A stretch of DNA of 64,000 nt from Epiperipatus broadwayi (taxonomy: Eukaryota; Animalia; Onychophora). Below the pieces are notes generated by a model, which was not told where the DNA came from, ran no database searches, and saw only the letters and a list, made by a program, of their open reading frames with translations. Below are positions 1 to 12,170 of the stretch, in pieces. Made by a program: the position numbers and the translations under genes. How positions within the stretch are numbered: the first letter of the stretch is position 1; each line of letters starts with the position of its first letter. The stretch lies in contig JAQFVV010000004.1 of assembly GCA_028023455.1 (NCBI GenBank), forward strand, positions 17,484,001-17,548,000, given 5' to 3'.

Positions 1-860
1 ATATAGAAAAATTATTTATTTTCTAAGGAAAGTCATTTGTTTAATTAAAAAGTTCTTGGTAGGGAATTATGTATCCACAAGATATCTTTATTATTGCAAA
101 AAATAACAGTGTAATGACTTTCTTCATAAAGTACTTTTTAATTTAACTACTGACTTGTGATTTCAGCTCTTTTGAAACATTTTTATAAAGCAGTCATCAT
201 TACTATACCCTAGATCCATATATTGTAAGTTTGAGTAATCAGTTGGCACCATATAGTATAGTACTGTAAAATTTCTATCTCCATACTGACCGGTTTCAGA
301 CTTTTTACCTTTGCCAGTGAAGACTAGGATTCAAAACTAGTATAATGAAGATGACTAGTTTTGGAAGCATAGGAGAAGTTACATGGTGCCGCTGCTGCTG
401 TCCTAAACATTTTTTTTTGGTTGTATACTATTACTATCTTTTGATTACTTTTGTAAATAATTGAAAGATTTTATATCTATTTTGGCATGAGCAAATATTT
501 TTTAAATGTAATAGACTGTGATAGGATATAAAGGGAGAAAGTAGAATCTGTTTTGAGACAGTCAGGAAAAAATTGTTACCAAATGTTAAATAAAAAAAAA
601 CAGCTTTTCAATATCTTATTCTAACTAATAATAATTATGTAATCATTTTTTTAGCTAATTATTGGATGGCTAATTAGATTGGCTAACCAAAATTCTAATC
701 CTGCTTGAAATCGGAATTTTTTTATTTTCATGTTTTACCTTATTTGGATTCATAGTTTATGACTATATGGGTAATCATTGTTACTCAAAATCCTTATAAA
801 TAATTTTCTTATGCTAACTATATGAATGGATATTATAAATATTTTCCACATTAACTTTAT

Positions 861-1278
861 ATAGGGTATATGAGCACAGACTTTCAGACAACCCATCACT
901 TTCCACTCTATCTAATAACACTGATACTCTCAAGCACATATATGCTGAAAAGATAAATAATCACCAATATACGTATTCCATGCTAAACCAGCAATCATCA
1001 GTTGGTCCAGATTATCATCTCTCACGCATATATACTATAAGTGCTCAGATATATATTAAGATAGTGTGGGAGATGATAATCTGGACCAACTGATGATTGC
1101 TGGTTTAGCATGAAATACGTATATTGGTGATTATTTATTTTTTCAGCATATATGTGCTTGAGTGTATCAGTGTTATTAGATAGAGTGGAGAGTGATGGGT
1201 TGTCTGAAAGTCTGTGCTCATATACCCTATATATTACATATATAGACACAGGTATATAATAAGCCTGTGTTTCAGTTA
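861..1278. mobile_element. Family C hammerhead-bearing element, tail-out foldback insertion with 11-bp TSD
   Basis: Inverted arms at about 858-1021 and 1070-1233, each with an HHR. ATTAACTTTAT is repeated at 850-860 and 1278-1288. Confidence 0.85.
1085..1128 (+). ncRNA. Minimal type-I hammerhead ribozyme motif (family C)
   Basis: ACCAA-CTGATGA-T TGCT ggttt AGCA T-GAAA-TACGTA-T-A^TTGGT. Stem III is the palindrome ATACGTAT. The mirror copy at 963-1006 (-) has GAAA>GGAA. Confidence 0.75.
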
Positions 1279-1866
1279 TTAACTTTATTTGATTTTTTTA
1301 AAAACATTAAAATCTTTAAAATATTTTTTTTTATAAATATTGCAAACTTTTAGTAATCTTATAAAAAGAAATGTATGTGTATTATATATATAAACTGATT
1401 TTGTGCAAGTAATATGTGATTTAAAAATCGAACTCGTAATAAATTCAAAACCTAATTTAGGCATGATCAATAATTGTTGGTTTATTTAAAGAATAGACTC
1501 TAACTATAGATGGCACCTATCATTGACAAGAGTGTGTCAGTTTTAGCACACATGTGAAGAATTATTGCTTTCACAATATATATTTTATTATACATAATTA
1601 CCTTACATTTTACTGAAACTTCTCATAAAATATGAACCAAATTTTTATCCAATCACAGTATTCTTAACTTTTAGCCATAAAACATATATTTTCTATTAAA
1701 TTCATTCAGTGTTTTTGTTATTTATTCTAATACTGCCAAAGATTATATTTGGATTGAAGTATAGGACTATGTTAATCTTTTTTTTGTAATTTATATATAC
1801 ATAAAAAATATGTTATAATAGTTTTTATCCTGCAACTAACATAAAATTTATTCAATTTTGTTTTAG

Positions 1867-1938
1867 TACCGCGCCTTGGCTCCTATGTACTATCGTGGCG
1901 CTGGTGCTGCCATAGTTGTATATGATATTACAAAAGAG
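1867..1938 (+). CDS. Rab22: Rab22/Rab31-like GTPase, internal coding exon (YRALAPMYYRGAGAAIVVYDITKE); upstream exons lie outside the window
   Basis: ttttag acceptor, gtaatt donor, 72 nt, phase 0/0. The peptide is the Rab switch II / YYRGA..A..VYDIT motif of the Rab5-22-31 group. Confidence 0.93.
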
Positions 1939-2025
1939 GTAATTTTAATATTTTAAGATTAGGTAAATTTTTTTTTAGAATATAGTAATTTCATTAAAAA
2001 AGTTGAATCTGTATATATATATATA

Positions 2026-2406
2026 CAGGGTGTCCCTTAAGTCTGGACACAAACAAAAATACATATTTTCAAGAAATGAAATTTATTAACAACATTTTAT
2101 TCAATTGGAGTATTAAATAACATCTTCAATATAATTCCCATCATTTGCAATGCAAAGTGTGATCTGCTTTGCAAAATTCACATGAACTTGATGTAATAAA
2201 TCCACATTGCTATCAGTTTTAGCACATTTACTCTTTATGCATTAAATCAAGTGTGTTTCATCTGTCATTTTCATTGAGTACACCTTCACCACCATGGAAA
2301 AGCTAAATGGGATCCTTCTTGGATGCCATGCATTAAATTGATCTGCTATCTTTCGATATATGGTTAATGAGATTTCCTATGTGTCCAGACTTAAAAGGAC
2401 ATCCTG
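2026..2406 (-). mobile_element. Internally deleted Tc1/mariner-type DNA transposon
   Basis: About 26-bp TIRs CAGGGTGTCCCTTAAGTCTGGACACA / TGTGTCCAGACTTAAAAGGACATCCTG in (TA)n flanks. The minus strand keeps a transposase C-terminus (VVKVYS...LLHQVHVNFAKQITLCIANDGNYIEDVI*). Confidence 0.85.
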
Positions 2407-2656
2407 TATATATATATATATAGATGTAGATATTCCAGCTAAATATTGGTTTTTAATGAAAGAAATGTTTCTGATTGAAATATTGGAATTTTTTTTGCTT
2501 ATTTAAGTATGTTTATCAGCAGATATACTTGTAATTTATTATTGACCCAGAGGCTAAACTCTCCATACAATTGTGCCACCAGTGCAAGCCAAAGTAATCA
2601 ATGGACGCAAGAAGATTTGTGCATAAAATCCCTACCTAGTGTCTACTCATTCAATA

Positions 2657-2698
2657 TCCCCAGACTAGTTTCTAGCTTGTGACTTTCATCAGTGAGGA
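2657..2698 (-). ncRNA. Minimal type-I hammerhead motif (family A, monomer 1)
   Basis: TCCTCA-CTGATGA-A AGT cacaa GCT A-GAAA-CTAG-T-C^TGGGGA, with palindromic ACTAGT stem/loop III. Confidence 0.75.
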
Positions 2699-3104
2699 GC
2701 CTTGGATTTAAGAGCACTGCGCCTAGATTTTAGGATCTAATGCAACCTTTCAGCAGCCACCTTTTACCTTATTAGCTAACTATAAAGCTTTGAGTACAAA
2801 ATGAAAACAATGTTTTCAATTCAAACTCATTAACTTATATAGTTGTATAGATCTGAACTCAGTTCAGCATCCATACTTTTTGATGTCTTTGGTTTTTTAA
2901 TAACCAGAGTCACCATAATCCTATTGGGCAGGATTAGTTTTAAACTGCTATATATCACATGATCACCATTTCTTATGCTTACACAGGCTGTTTACACAGA
3001 GGCTAAACTCTCCATATAGTAGTGCCATCAGCGCAGGCCAAAGTAATCAATGGGTGCAAAAAGGTTTGTATATAAAATTCTATCTAGTCCTTACTCATCC
3101 AATA

Positions 3105-3146
3105 TCCCCAGACTAGTTTCCAGTTTGTGGCTTTCATCAGTGAGGA
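3105..3146 (-). ncRNA. Minimal type-I hammerhead motif (family A, monomer 2)
   Basis: TCCTCA-CTGATGA-A AGC cacaa ACT G-GAAA-CTAG-T-C^TGGGGA, with one stem II mismatch. Confidence 0.7.
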
Positions 3147-3987
3147 ACCTTGGATCTGAGAGTACTGCATCTAGATGTTAGGATCTATTGCAACTCTCCA
3201 GCAGTCATCTTTTACCTTATTAGCTAACTATAAAGATTTGAGTCCAAAATGAAAGCACAATGTTTTCAATTCAAGCTCATTAGCTTAGATAGTTATATAG
3301 ATTTGGACTCAGTTCAGCATTCATATCTTTTGGAGTCTTTAGTTCTTTAATAATCAGAGTCACTATAATCCTATTGGGCAGGATTAGTTTTAAACCACTA
3401 AATATCACATGATCACCATTTCTTATGCTTATACAAGCTGTTCACACAGAGGCTTCATACAGTAATGCCACCAGTGCAAACCAGAGTAAATTTTCTTGCA
3501 TCCATTGATTACTCTGGCTTGCACTGGTGATGCTACTGTATGAAGAGTTTAGCTTCTGTGTAAATAGCTTGTGTAAGCATAAAAAAATGGTGATCATGTG
3601 ATGTTTAGTAATTTATTATTGTTTGTGTTCCATTATATGAATTTATTATTTTAGCAATTATTTAATTTATTTTTTCAGTTTGTCAATATACATATTGATA
3701 AAGTTTTAATTATAATAATAATAATAATAATAAAACAGTTATCTGTTAGTTATTAATTTCTACAATTTTTTGTCTTTATTTATGTGTTAGTAAATAACCT
3801 TTACAGTAACTATTTTCAGTTTTAGCTATTATATTGTATTATTATGAATCATTAAAGTAACCAATGTATACTTATAGGATATTAGCATAAATGATATAAC
3901 TCATTATTTTTATAATAATATAATTCCTCATTATTAATATTTCAGCAATCATAATATTCAAATATAGTTAGTAATTTAATTTTATAT

Positions 3988-6124
3988 TATAACGATCCAA
4001 ACGAAGTGGGAGATCGCATCGCACCGCACTACCAAAGGGCGCCATCTAGGCATTTGAGCCTAGAAAAATTTATAAAGTAGGCAGATACGCGCTGTTAGGA
4101 TTCCACTTTATTTACATATTTAGATCGTTAGCCCATTGTCACTAGCTCAGCGGAGACGCAGAGATAAAAATCTATAAATTTTATATCTTAAATATAAAAG
4201 AATAAAATAATAAAAGCCACTGCCAGAAATTAACACAGAAAAATATTTATTTACGCACATATAAAATCATTCTAAATTCGAGGAATAAGTTTAACATTTA
4301 GATTTTTATCTTAATTTTTAATTTTACATTTAAAATAGCTTGCTATAATGTTTAATATTTTATTTAGAGGTCGAGTATGAATGGACTACATGGGTCTGCA
4401 TTTGAAAAGAAAATATTCTTCCCTGATTTAACCTTAGGCAACAAATTTCGCAATCAACTGGGCCAATCCATCTGATACATTCATGTATTCAATGTAGCAT
4501 GATACGACAACACAAAATACTATATTGTCAGGAATGTACATCTGAACAATAAGTAGAAATAGAGAAGACATTGACTCTCCACCAACAGGAATGTGACATC
4601 TGTGGGCAAGTAGATCAATAAACTAAAACCTCCATAGGAATGGACTGCGGTCTTCTGCCGACTTACAAACCCATCCATAGGCAAACAGAGGGTGTGTGGC
4701 GTATATCTATAATCCTGCCCGTAGCGGATCTCATACTACATCTACTAATTACACAAATATATCCAATCCATTGAACCAATTCAACTACAAAATGAATAAC
4801 CTAAGATTACCCTCCCTTAATACAACTTTACAAAACTATATAGCCATTCGCGCCCGACTTAATTTTAACATTTATATACGTTCGCACAGATTTATTTAAA
4901 AATGTTGGGTATAGATCGATTACACAGATTCCACGGTCAAAAACATTTCAAAATAAACATAAACGATCAAAATACAAAATTATTGATACCGACAATCGCA
5001 GAGGGAAACTTATAAGTAACCCAATAGTATTCACCATAAGATACTTGCGTTGTCACCAATAACTTAAAAGACATCCAAATAAATACATTTTAGATACTCA
5101 CCATAAGGTATCATTATTTATCGAATGTCTATATATTTTGATCAAATATGAAAACCAAAATCTAATTAACCGCAAACGAATCCATGCAAGCATCTATAGA
5201 CAACTTAAATGTAATGCATTTAATAATTTCTACAATAAAATATTACTACACATAAAAAATATTAAAAGGGAAATGATTCTTTTAACAATCGGGAAAGATA
5301 TAAAATTAACCATTATTAATTTGATTTAAAACTTACAAAAAGTCAGATAAGAGTCCATTTTAAATAAGTCGGCTTGTTTATTAATTTGTTCAACTTGGCG
5401 AAAGTTCTTGATTGATTTTAAGAATTGTTCCTTTCCTATAGCTTACGGTAGCAGAACTCCCGGTTCCTGGTGTCAATGTCCATGGAGTCTTTAATTGAAA
5501 GATCGATCTAATGTTCAGGAGGTGGCATTTGCTGGTTCATGGTATCAGTCATTTCATTTCAGAGATAAGTGGGAGAGAACGATAAAGTGCGTCTTTATCG
5601 CTCGTCTCCCCAACCAAGTTGAAAAAAGCTCTTCAACTCAATATTTTTTTCTTTTTATATCATCCACAAGGATTCACTGAACAAAACGTCACTAATCTGT
5701 TTTTTCGTTATAGTCCGGGCCAAGGCTTAGTGCTTCCATTTGTCAAGCTAAAATCTCTTTCTTCTCTTATCTAACTTTCCATCTGACTTTTTAATTAAAC
5801 AGCTTTTAGATAATTAATAAACAATCATTTCCTTTTATAGATTACAGGAATTAATTAATACCTGCTTTTATTTTAACTTACGTTATTTTTTTTATTAAAA
5901 TATTTTTATATTTCAATCTTGTATTTTTTTATTTAAAAAAAATACATTCAAATACTTTTTTTTTTTTTGTTTATGAAAAAAAATATTTTTAAAGTTTAAC
6001 ATCTGTGCGAATGTATACACGTTTAACAATGTTTTAATTTTAGCGTTTAGTTTTTTCCTTTTATTTGCGAACTTTTAAGTTTTTATTTTAAATTAATGTA
6101 ATGACATATTTATATATCGTTACA
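3988..6124. mobile_element. Solo-LTR-like unit (2.1 kb) of an LTR retrotransposon
   Basis: Ends T(A)TAACGAT...ATCGTTACA, a 9-bp terminal inversion with one G>A. 4-bp ATAT on both flanks. CpG-retaining. TATA-like at about 4072 and AATAAA at about 4200. Confidence 0.6.
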
Positions 6125-6842
6125 ATATATTTATGTGTATTATAGCTGTTTAACATAAATATATGGTAAATTTGAAACTAAGATTTATTTATTTGATATT
6201 ATATAAATTTTAATTTTTGAAAAAAATAACTAATGAAGACCAAGTGCACAGTATAAAGTTCATCATGGTGAAGTACGGTCAGGTTTGAATGATTATAAAG
6301 CAACTTGATAAAAGATTTTGCTGTTTCATTAAGCAGAAATTTTATAGGCAAGAAATTTAAAAAATAAAACGCTTTCACAAAATATAAGCAAATGATTTAT
6401 TAATAAATACAATGGTCGTTTTCAGTGTTTTATGCCATCATTATTTTCCAAACATAAAATAAAATGTTATATTTACAGCTTAAATATGAAATTAGAACTT
6501 ATCATAATTGAACAAAATGTAATTTATTCTGTCATTTGAAAATAAATTTACAATGCCTAAGAATTTATTTAAAAAATAGCTAATGATCAATAGAAAACAA
6601 GATTATATTTAAAATTGTAAAAATTCAAGGGAAAAGCCTAATGCAAATGAAAATTAATGAAGAATTTATTCAAATTAAAATAAATTTCTGATTTCTGAGA
6701 ACAATTACATTTCTAAAAACTGTTTTAATTTTACCAATGTGAAATGAAAATTCTAATAAATGCTTTAAAAGATTATGTAAACTTTATTTGGCTATGCATA
6801 CATCAATTTAAAAAATAACAAAACATTTTTTGGGGAAAATTA

Positions 6843-8370
6843 AAAAAAATAATATTTTTATTTCTTCATTAATACTTGTATCTAAAATAATTTCTAGAAA
6901 CAAAACTTCCTTAGAAAACTGACTAATATTACTTGAGATTGTGATATAAATATTCTAAGAACAATTTTCTTATCATTAGCATATTCTATTGATGAATATT
7001 ATCTCACTTTGGGGAAAAAATTTCTTTTTACATAGTTAAATATCACCATTTCACTGTGTATAAAAAGCTACTATGTAGATTAGCCAAGGAATTCTTCGTA
7101 GTACTAAAAAGTTATAGTTTACAAAGATCTCAAATAATTTTTTAAATATATATTTAACAATAAAGCCAGTTGGATTTGATATTTTTAAACACAATTCTCT
7201 TCAATAAAATCATGAGTATGTATGGTGGCTGTACCTTTTTTTTATTTATTTAGTTGTGGCCAAATATAAAACTTGAAATATATTTAATAAATATTCATAC
7301 AATTACAGATTTAAAGGACTTACTAAAGCCATTAATGAATCTATCTTCTGGTTGGAATCTTTATAGATTTTTTTACAATGTTTGTGAATAAGTAGTTTTC
7401 AAATAAAAAAATTCATATGATAAATAAATTAATAGTTATTTGAAATTCAGGAGGGGGGTGGGGACCAATCCTTCATTATGTTAAAGAAAATGATTCACTT
7501 TGTAAAAAGTGTGCTTTTAAGTTTGAAAATGGCAAAATTGCAAGAAAAAAGACAAGAAAGCTTTTTTTAATTATTGAATATGAAGGGGGGGGGGGGTAAT
7601 TGTTAACTTTGTGTTTTTAAATTTATAATTTTTATTATTAGTTTTACATAAGACTAATTTTTATGCTTATTTAATCCATATTTTTATGTTTTTAAATATA
7701 TAAAATACAATATTAATGCTAATACATTGTTTAATTATATTATAAAAATAAGCATTTCAATTTTATTGCACATTAAAAATTAATTAAATCTTATTAGTAT
7801 TATTTCTCTTAGAATTTTTAGAGAAAATCTAAAAAAATAATGTTTTTATTTCTTCATTAACACTTGTATCTAAAATAATTTCTAGAAACAAAACTTTCTT
7901 AGAAAACTGACTAATATTACTTGAGATTGTGATATAAATATTCTAAGAACAATTTTCTTACCATTAGCATATTCTATTGTTGATTATTATCTCACTTTGG
8001 GGGGAAAATTTCTTTTTATATAGTTAAATATCACCATAAGAAATATTACTAGCATTATCAAGTCCAAATTTTTGCAAAAGCTCTTATGCTTTCACAATGT
8101 ATAAAAAACTGCTAGATAGATTAGCCGATTAGCCAAGGAGTTCTTCATAGTATTAAAAAATTATAGTTTACAATGATCTCAAATAATTTTTTTATATATA
8201 TTTAACAATAAAGCCAGTTGGATTTGATATTTTTAAACACATCTCTTTTCAATAAAATCATGACTACATATGGTGGCTGTAATACCTTTTTTCATATATT
8301 TAGTTGTGGCCAAATATAAAACTAAATATAAAATTAATTAAGTCTTATTAATATTATTTTTCTTAGAATT
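6843..8370. repeat. Local tandem duplication of a unit of about 0.5 kb (about 6843-7275 and 7833-8325), with an insertion of about 500 bp in copy 1 and about 55 bp in copy 2
   Basis: Near-identical colinear sequence. The trailing block at 7778-7818 recurs at 8330-8370. Confidence 0.85.
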
Positions 8371-9598
8371 TGGTTCTAATTTATCATCATGAATTTATTA
8401 ATCATACTATTTATACACATCGTCTGTAGCTATTAATTCATGTATTTTTGAAGATACAGTACTTTGATTTGATATGTTTTTATATTTTAATATTAAGATT
8501 AAAATTACCATTCTTTTTAGTTAAGTATTATTTTCATTATGGCTAGTATAAATTAAATTATAAATAAATATCTATTAATGTAATTTTTGATAAAGTCTAT
8601 TTAGAATTAGATTATGATGCATTTTAATTGTAATAGATTTAAAAAATATTTTATTATTAATTTACTTATAACAGAGATTATAAATCTTTTTTGTAACATA
8701 TCTTTCAATGGTATGTGAGAGTTATCCGTACATTCATATGCTTTTTAATGTGTGTGTGTGTGTTGTGTTGTACATGTGCTTACAAATTACAGCTTTACAT
8801 ATGTGATAATGAGGTTAATACTTGAACCATTGATAGTGTAATATATCTTTATTGGTAGATAAAATAGATCATTACATTCAGATGTATGTAATTTTTAATT
8901 TTTAAATCCGTGTTGTCTATATTTAATTTTTAAAATAAAATAATTATTATTTGATGATCAACTTACCTGAACTAATGACATTTTTTATTTATTAATGGAG
9001 TAAATGCAATCTCTATGGACTACCAATTGACCAAAAAGAATATAGATAAAACTGAGTGACCTTTTTCTTAACTTTGAGAAGGCAAATAGTTTTTTGAGTC
9101 AGCCATTCTTTTCTAGAATATAAAATTTAAATTAAATTGTTTCCAACTATTAGAAATAAGATCTGCTTTCTGGATTACATGTGAAGTTTTAATTGGCTGT
9201 GGTCTATATAAATTTATATATACATGCATATATATAGTGGTGATAATGCATAAACTGTACAAGGTTTATTTTAAGCAGAGCATTCTAGAATCCATTTCTG
9301 ATATGTCTTTAACGTGTTGGAGATGAGTTTCTGTACTACAATCTCTGAAAGTTCTTGTTTGAATAAAAAAATATTTTAGGATAAATTTAAAATAAAGTTA
9401 TGCATTAAATAATCATTTTGTGTTCATAAATATCAAACTAAAGAAAAAGTTCATATTTATTTTTGATAAGGTATTTATTTCTGCTTTCCCTTATTCTAAA
9501 AATCCAAAAGCTGATTGGTTTCTGACTGCAAAAATATACTTTGTATTGTTGCAATTATAGATATTTGTAGAATTAAAAGATAAGAAAGGATTTTTTTT

Positions 9599-9677
9599 AA
9601 GTTTATTCAACTTGTTTATAGTTTTGTTTCAAAACATTAAAGTTTATTCAACTTGTTTATGGTTTTGTTTCAAAACA
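9599..9677. repeat. 41-bp direct tandem duplication
   Basis: aagtttattcaacttgtttat(a/g)gttttgtttcaaaaca occurs twice. Confidence 0.9.
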
Positions 9678-9999
9678 ATATAATGTTACTGAATTGCAGA
9701 CTCATATTTTGATTGTTAAAACAGGAGTAAAAGTAGAAATTATATGAAGTTCAAAAAAGTCTAGATACATTAGATTCAAATATAAATTCCTTGCTATCAA
9801 ATGGCATAAACCTAAAACTAGTCCAGAGATATAATATGATATGAATTTAATTAATAAGCATATATGGCAGTACATGAGTAAAATGAACAGAATTCTTCTT
9901 ATTATTTTGTTCAACAACAACAAAAAAACTTTCTGAATGCAAGATTAGGTTCTTCCTATTTTTCATTATAATTAAAATAATTCTTTCTTTAATTTTTTT

Positions 10000-11405
10000 G
10001 GTACTTGTGTATTAGCAGCGCGTTTATGCGGCCGAAATTACGGCTACTACATGTTTTGGGCCATGTGATGGTGTTGTTCTCTATGCAAAAGCACAGAAAT
10101 CATATGCCTAGTTATGTGTGGCCACGCTTTATGTGTATGTTCAGTAATGAGAGTTCACTACTGTTTGATATGAGAGTGTCTGTTGTTCAATTTTACACAA
10201 GTGTTGAAATTCTGTTTTCAAAATCATTGTCTCACACACCAACTGTAGTAGTATCGCATAGTTATAATTATCACATTTTTTGTCTTACGCAGTGTTATTA
10301 TTCTTTTGTATTTGGTTCCACTTACAAGTGAGATTTTTTTGTGTGTTTGAAAATAAAAATGTTGTTGTTATTAATGGAATTGATGGTTGTTGTTGTGATT
10401 TCTTTGAAACCCAATCAATCCAAAGAGGGGTTTTTTTGGCACTTATATTAAAGATTTAAAAACCAAGTCGGCTGATAAAATACAAAAACATCGGCTAATG
10501 AATTTTTTTGTTTTGGGTTTGTCTTTTAATTTTGTTTAAATGTTTAATTTACTATTACAAGAATAATGACAATTTGGAAATAAAAAAGAAAAGTTGGGTT
10601 TTGTTTTTCCTTTTCATTGGTGGCAGTGTAAAAAACAAAGTCGCCTGATTACTGTTTTCATGAAGTGTTTTGGGTTATTTTTAAATTTGGTTTAAACATT
10701 GAATGTTAGTATTCAAAGAATAACGTAAATTTGGCAATCCAAAGAAAACTGGGTGTATTTTTTTGTGTTTGATTCCTTTTTTAATGAAGTGTTTTTTGGA
10801 TTGTTTTTTTTTTTTATATTTTTGTTTTGGAATTTTTGTTTAAACATTTAATTTCCTATTAGAAGAACAGTGTCAATTTGGAAATTCAAAGGAAAACTTT
10901 TGTTTTGGGTTTGATTACTTTTTTCATGAAGTATTTTGGGTTGTTTTTTAATTTTGTTTCAATGTTTTAATTTACTATTAGAATAACAACATAAATTTGG
11001 AAATAAAAGGAAAAGTGTTTTTTTTTTTGGGGGGGGGGTTGATTCCTTTTGTAATGAAGTGTTTCGGGTTTTTTTATTTTGGTTGAAACATTTAATTTAC
11101 TATTAGAAGAATAACATAAATTTTGAAATAAAAAGACAATTTTTTGGTTTTTTTTTTTTTTTATCTTTTGATTAAATGTTTAATTTAGTATTATAAGAAT
11201 AACATTATTCTTGTACTAGTAAATTAAATGTTTTAACAAAATTAAAAAACAACAACATAAAAAACGTTTTTAAATTTAGAATGCTAACAAGACCGTAAAT
11301 TTTCCAAAGTAAAAAAAAAAGACAGGCCCGGAAACATTATATTAATAGGTTTTTGAAGAGAAACAGCACCATCAAGCGATGTACAGCTGCTAATAGACAA
11401 GTACC
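10000..11405. mobile_element. Non-autonomous TIR DNA transposon, Merlin-like, with an internal degenerate tandem array (about 120-130 bp unit, about 10520-11210)
   Basis: 20-bp TIR GGTACTTGTGTATTAGCAGC / GCTGCTAATAGACAAGTACC (1 mismatch). Flanks ATTTTTTT / ATTTTTTG are an imperfect 8-bp TSD. GG termini fit Merlin/IS1016. Confidence 0.6.
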
Positions 11406-12094
11406 ATTTTTTGTTTTTTGTATAATTTCTATATATTGGAGAAAATTCTTTTATATCATCAGGTATTGAGTAAATCTTTTTTTAATACTTGATCACATTA
11501 TATAGATTTTTTTGTAGTCAGCTAAACTGCTTTTCAACAATTGACTGTTTTAGGAATTATTTCATTGTTATTGATCCTTTCTACCATATTTTGAAAGTTA
11601 TTCTTTATTTTTTGCAGAATTTCTATCCATGATTTAAACATTTTAATGATTTGAACTTTTTTTTTTTTAGATTTATATATTATATAATTGTTGTCATTCA
11701 TATAAATAAATTACATAAAACTGTAAATAGCAGATCCCATATTTGTTTTCCAATTTTTTTTAGATATTGATCAGATTCTTCCATAATGCAAACATTGATA
11801 AGTATTACATACATACTGTCATTCTGCTGCAATACCATAAGTATCTTTGGTATTGATTAAATTTGATAATGAAATAAACAAACTATTATTCAGTGAAATA
11901 TTGATACTGTACAATATTCTTATTTTTTTAAATTTTATACTGTTGAATTTTCTGAACATAAACGCTCACAATATTATAAGACTGATGTTTATAATTATTT
12001 TAGGAACAGTTTTCTTTGCTATATTTCAGAGCGATCTATTGTAAACTTAAGAAATTGAAGAATACCAAGATATAGCATTATTATGCTATATTTT

Positions 12095-12170
12095 TATCTT
12101 TCAAGCTAGTTTCTGCCTTATGGACTTCATCAGTGAGAAACTTGCATCTAATGCAGCCATCTTTAACTTC
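12095..12170 (-). mobile_element. Decayed family A fragment with a mutated HHR
   Basis: ctca-CTGATGA-agtccataaggca-GAAA-ctag-C. U16.1 is lost. Confidence 0.55.

Larger units (their letters stand above)
2545..3607 (-). mobile_element. Family A: about 2.1 tandem 448-nt hammerhead-containing monomers (-) plus an inverted 110-bp tail (+); retrozyme/PLE-pLTR-like; 14-bp TSD
   Basis: Period of about 450 bp. HHRs at 2657-2698 and 3105-3146. GTAATTTATTATTG is duplicated at 2531-2544 and 3608-3621. Confidence 0.85.

Noticed and set aside
283-322. Possible hammerhead on - (CTGGCAA..AGG/TCT-GAAA-CCGG-TC)
   Set aside because: The palindromic ACCGGT and GAAA are present, but the core has two changes and stem I does not pair. 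Single copy.
4038-4050. CTCF/YY1-like motif CCTAGATGGCGCC on -
   Set aside because: A single short match inside a repeat. Such motifs are common in LTRs and function cannot be supported.
6843-8325. Direct repeats as LTRs of a small retroelement (TRIM)
   Set aside because: No TG..CA ends, PBS, PPT or TSD. The shared trailing block indicates a tandem duplication.
9599-11210. CRISPR-like arrays (also considered for 38129-38266)
   Set aside because: Eukaryotic intron context, degenerate units and no unique spacers.
11400-12040. Possible LINE C-terminal remnants (also about 32700-33680)
   Set aside because: Only vague similarity (e.g. LHYG..W, YTWTP..IMI.Y). Too decayed to call.
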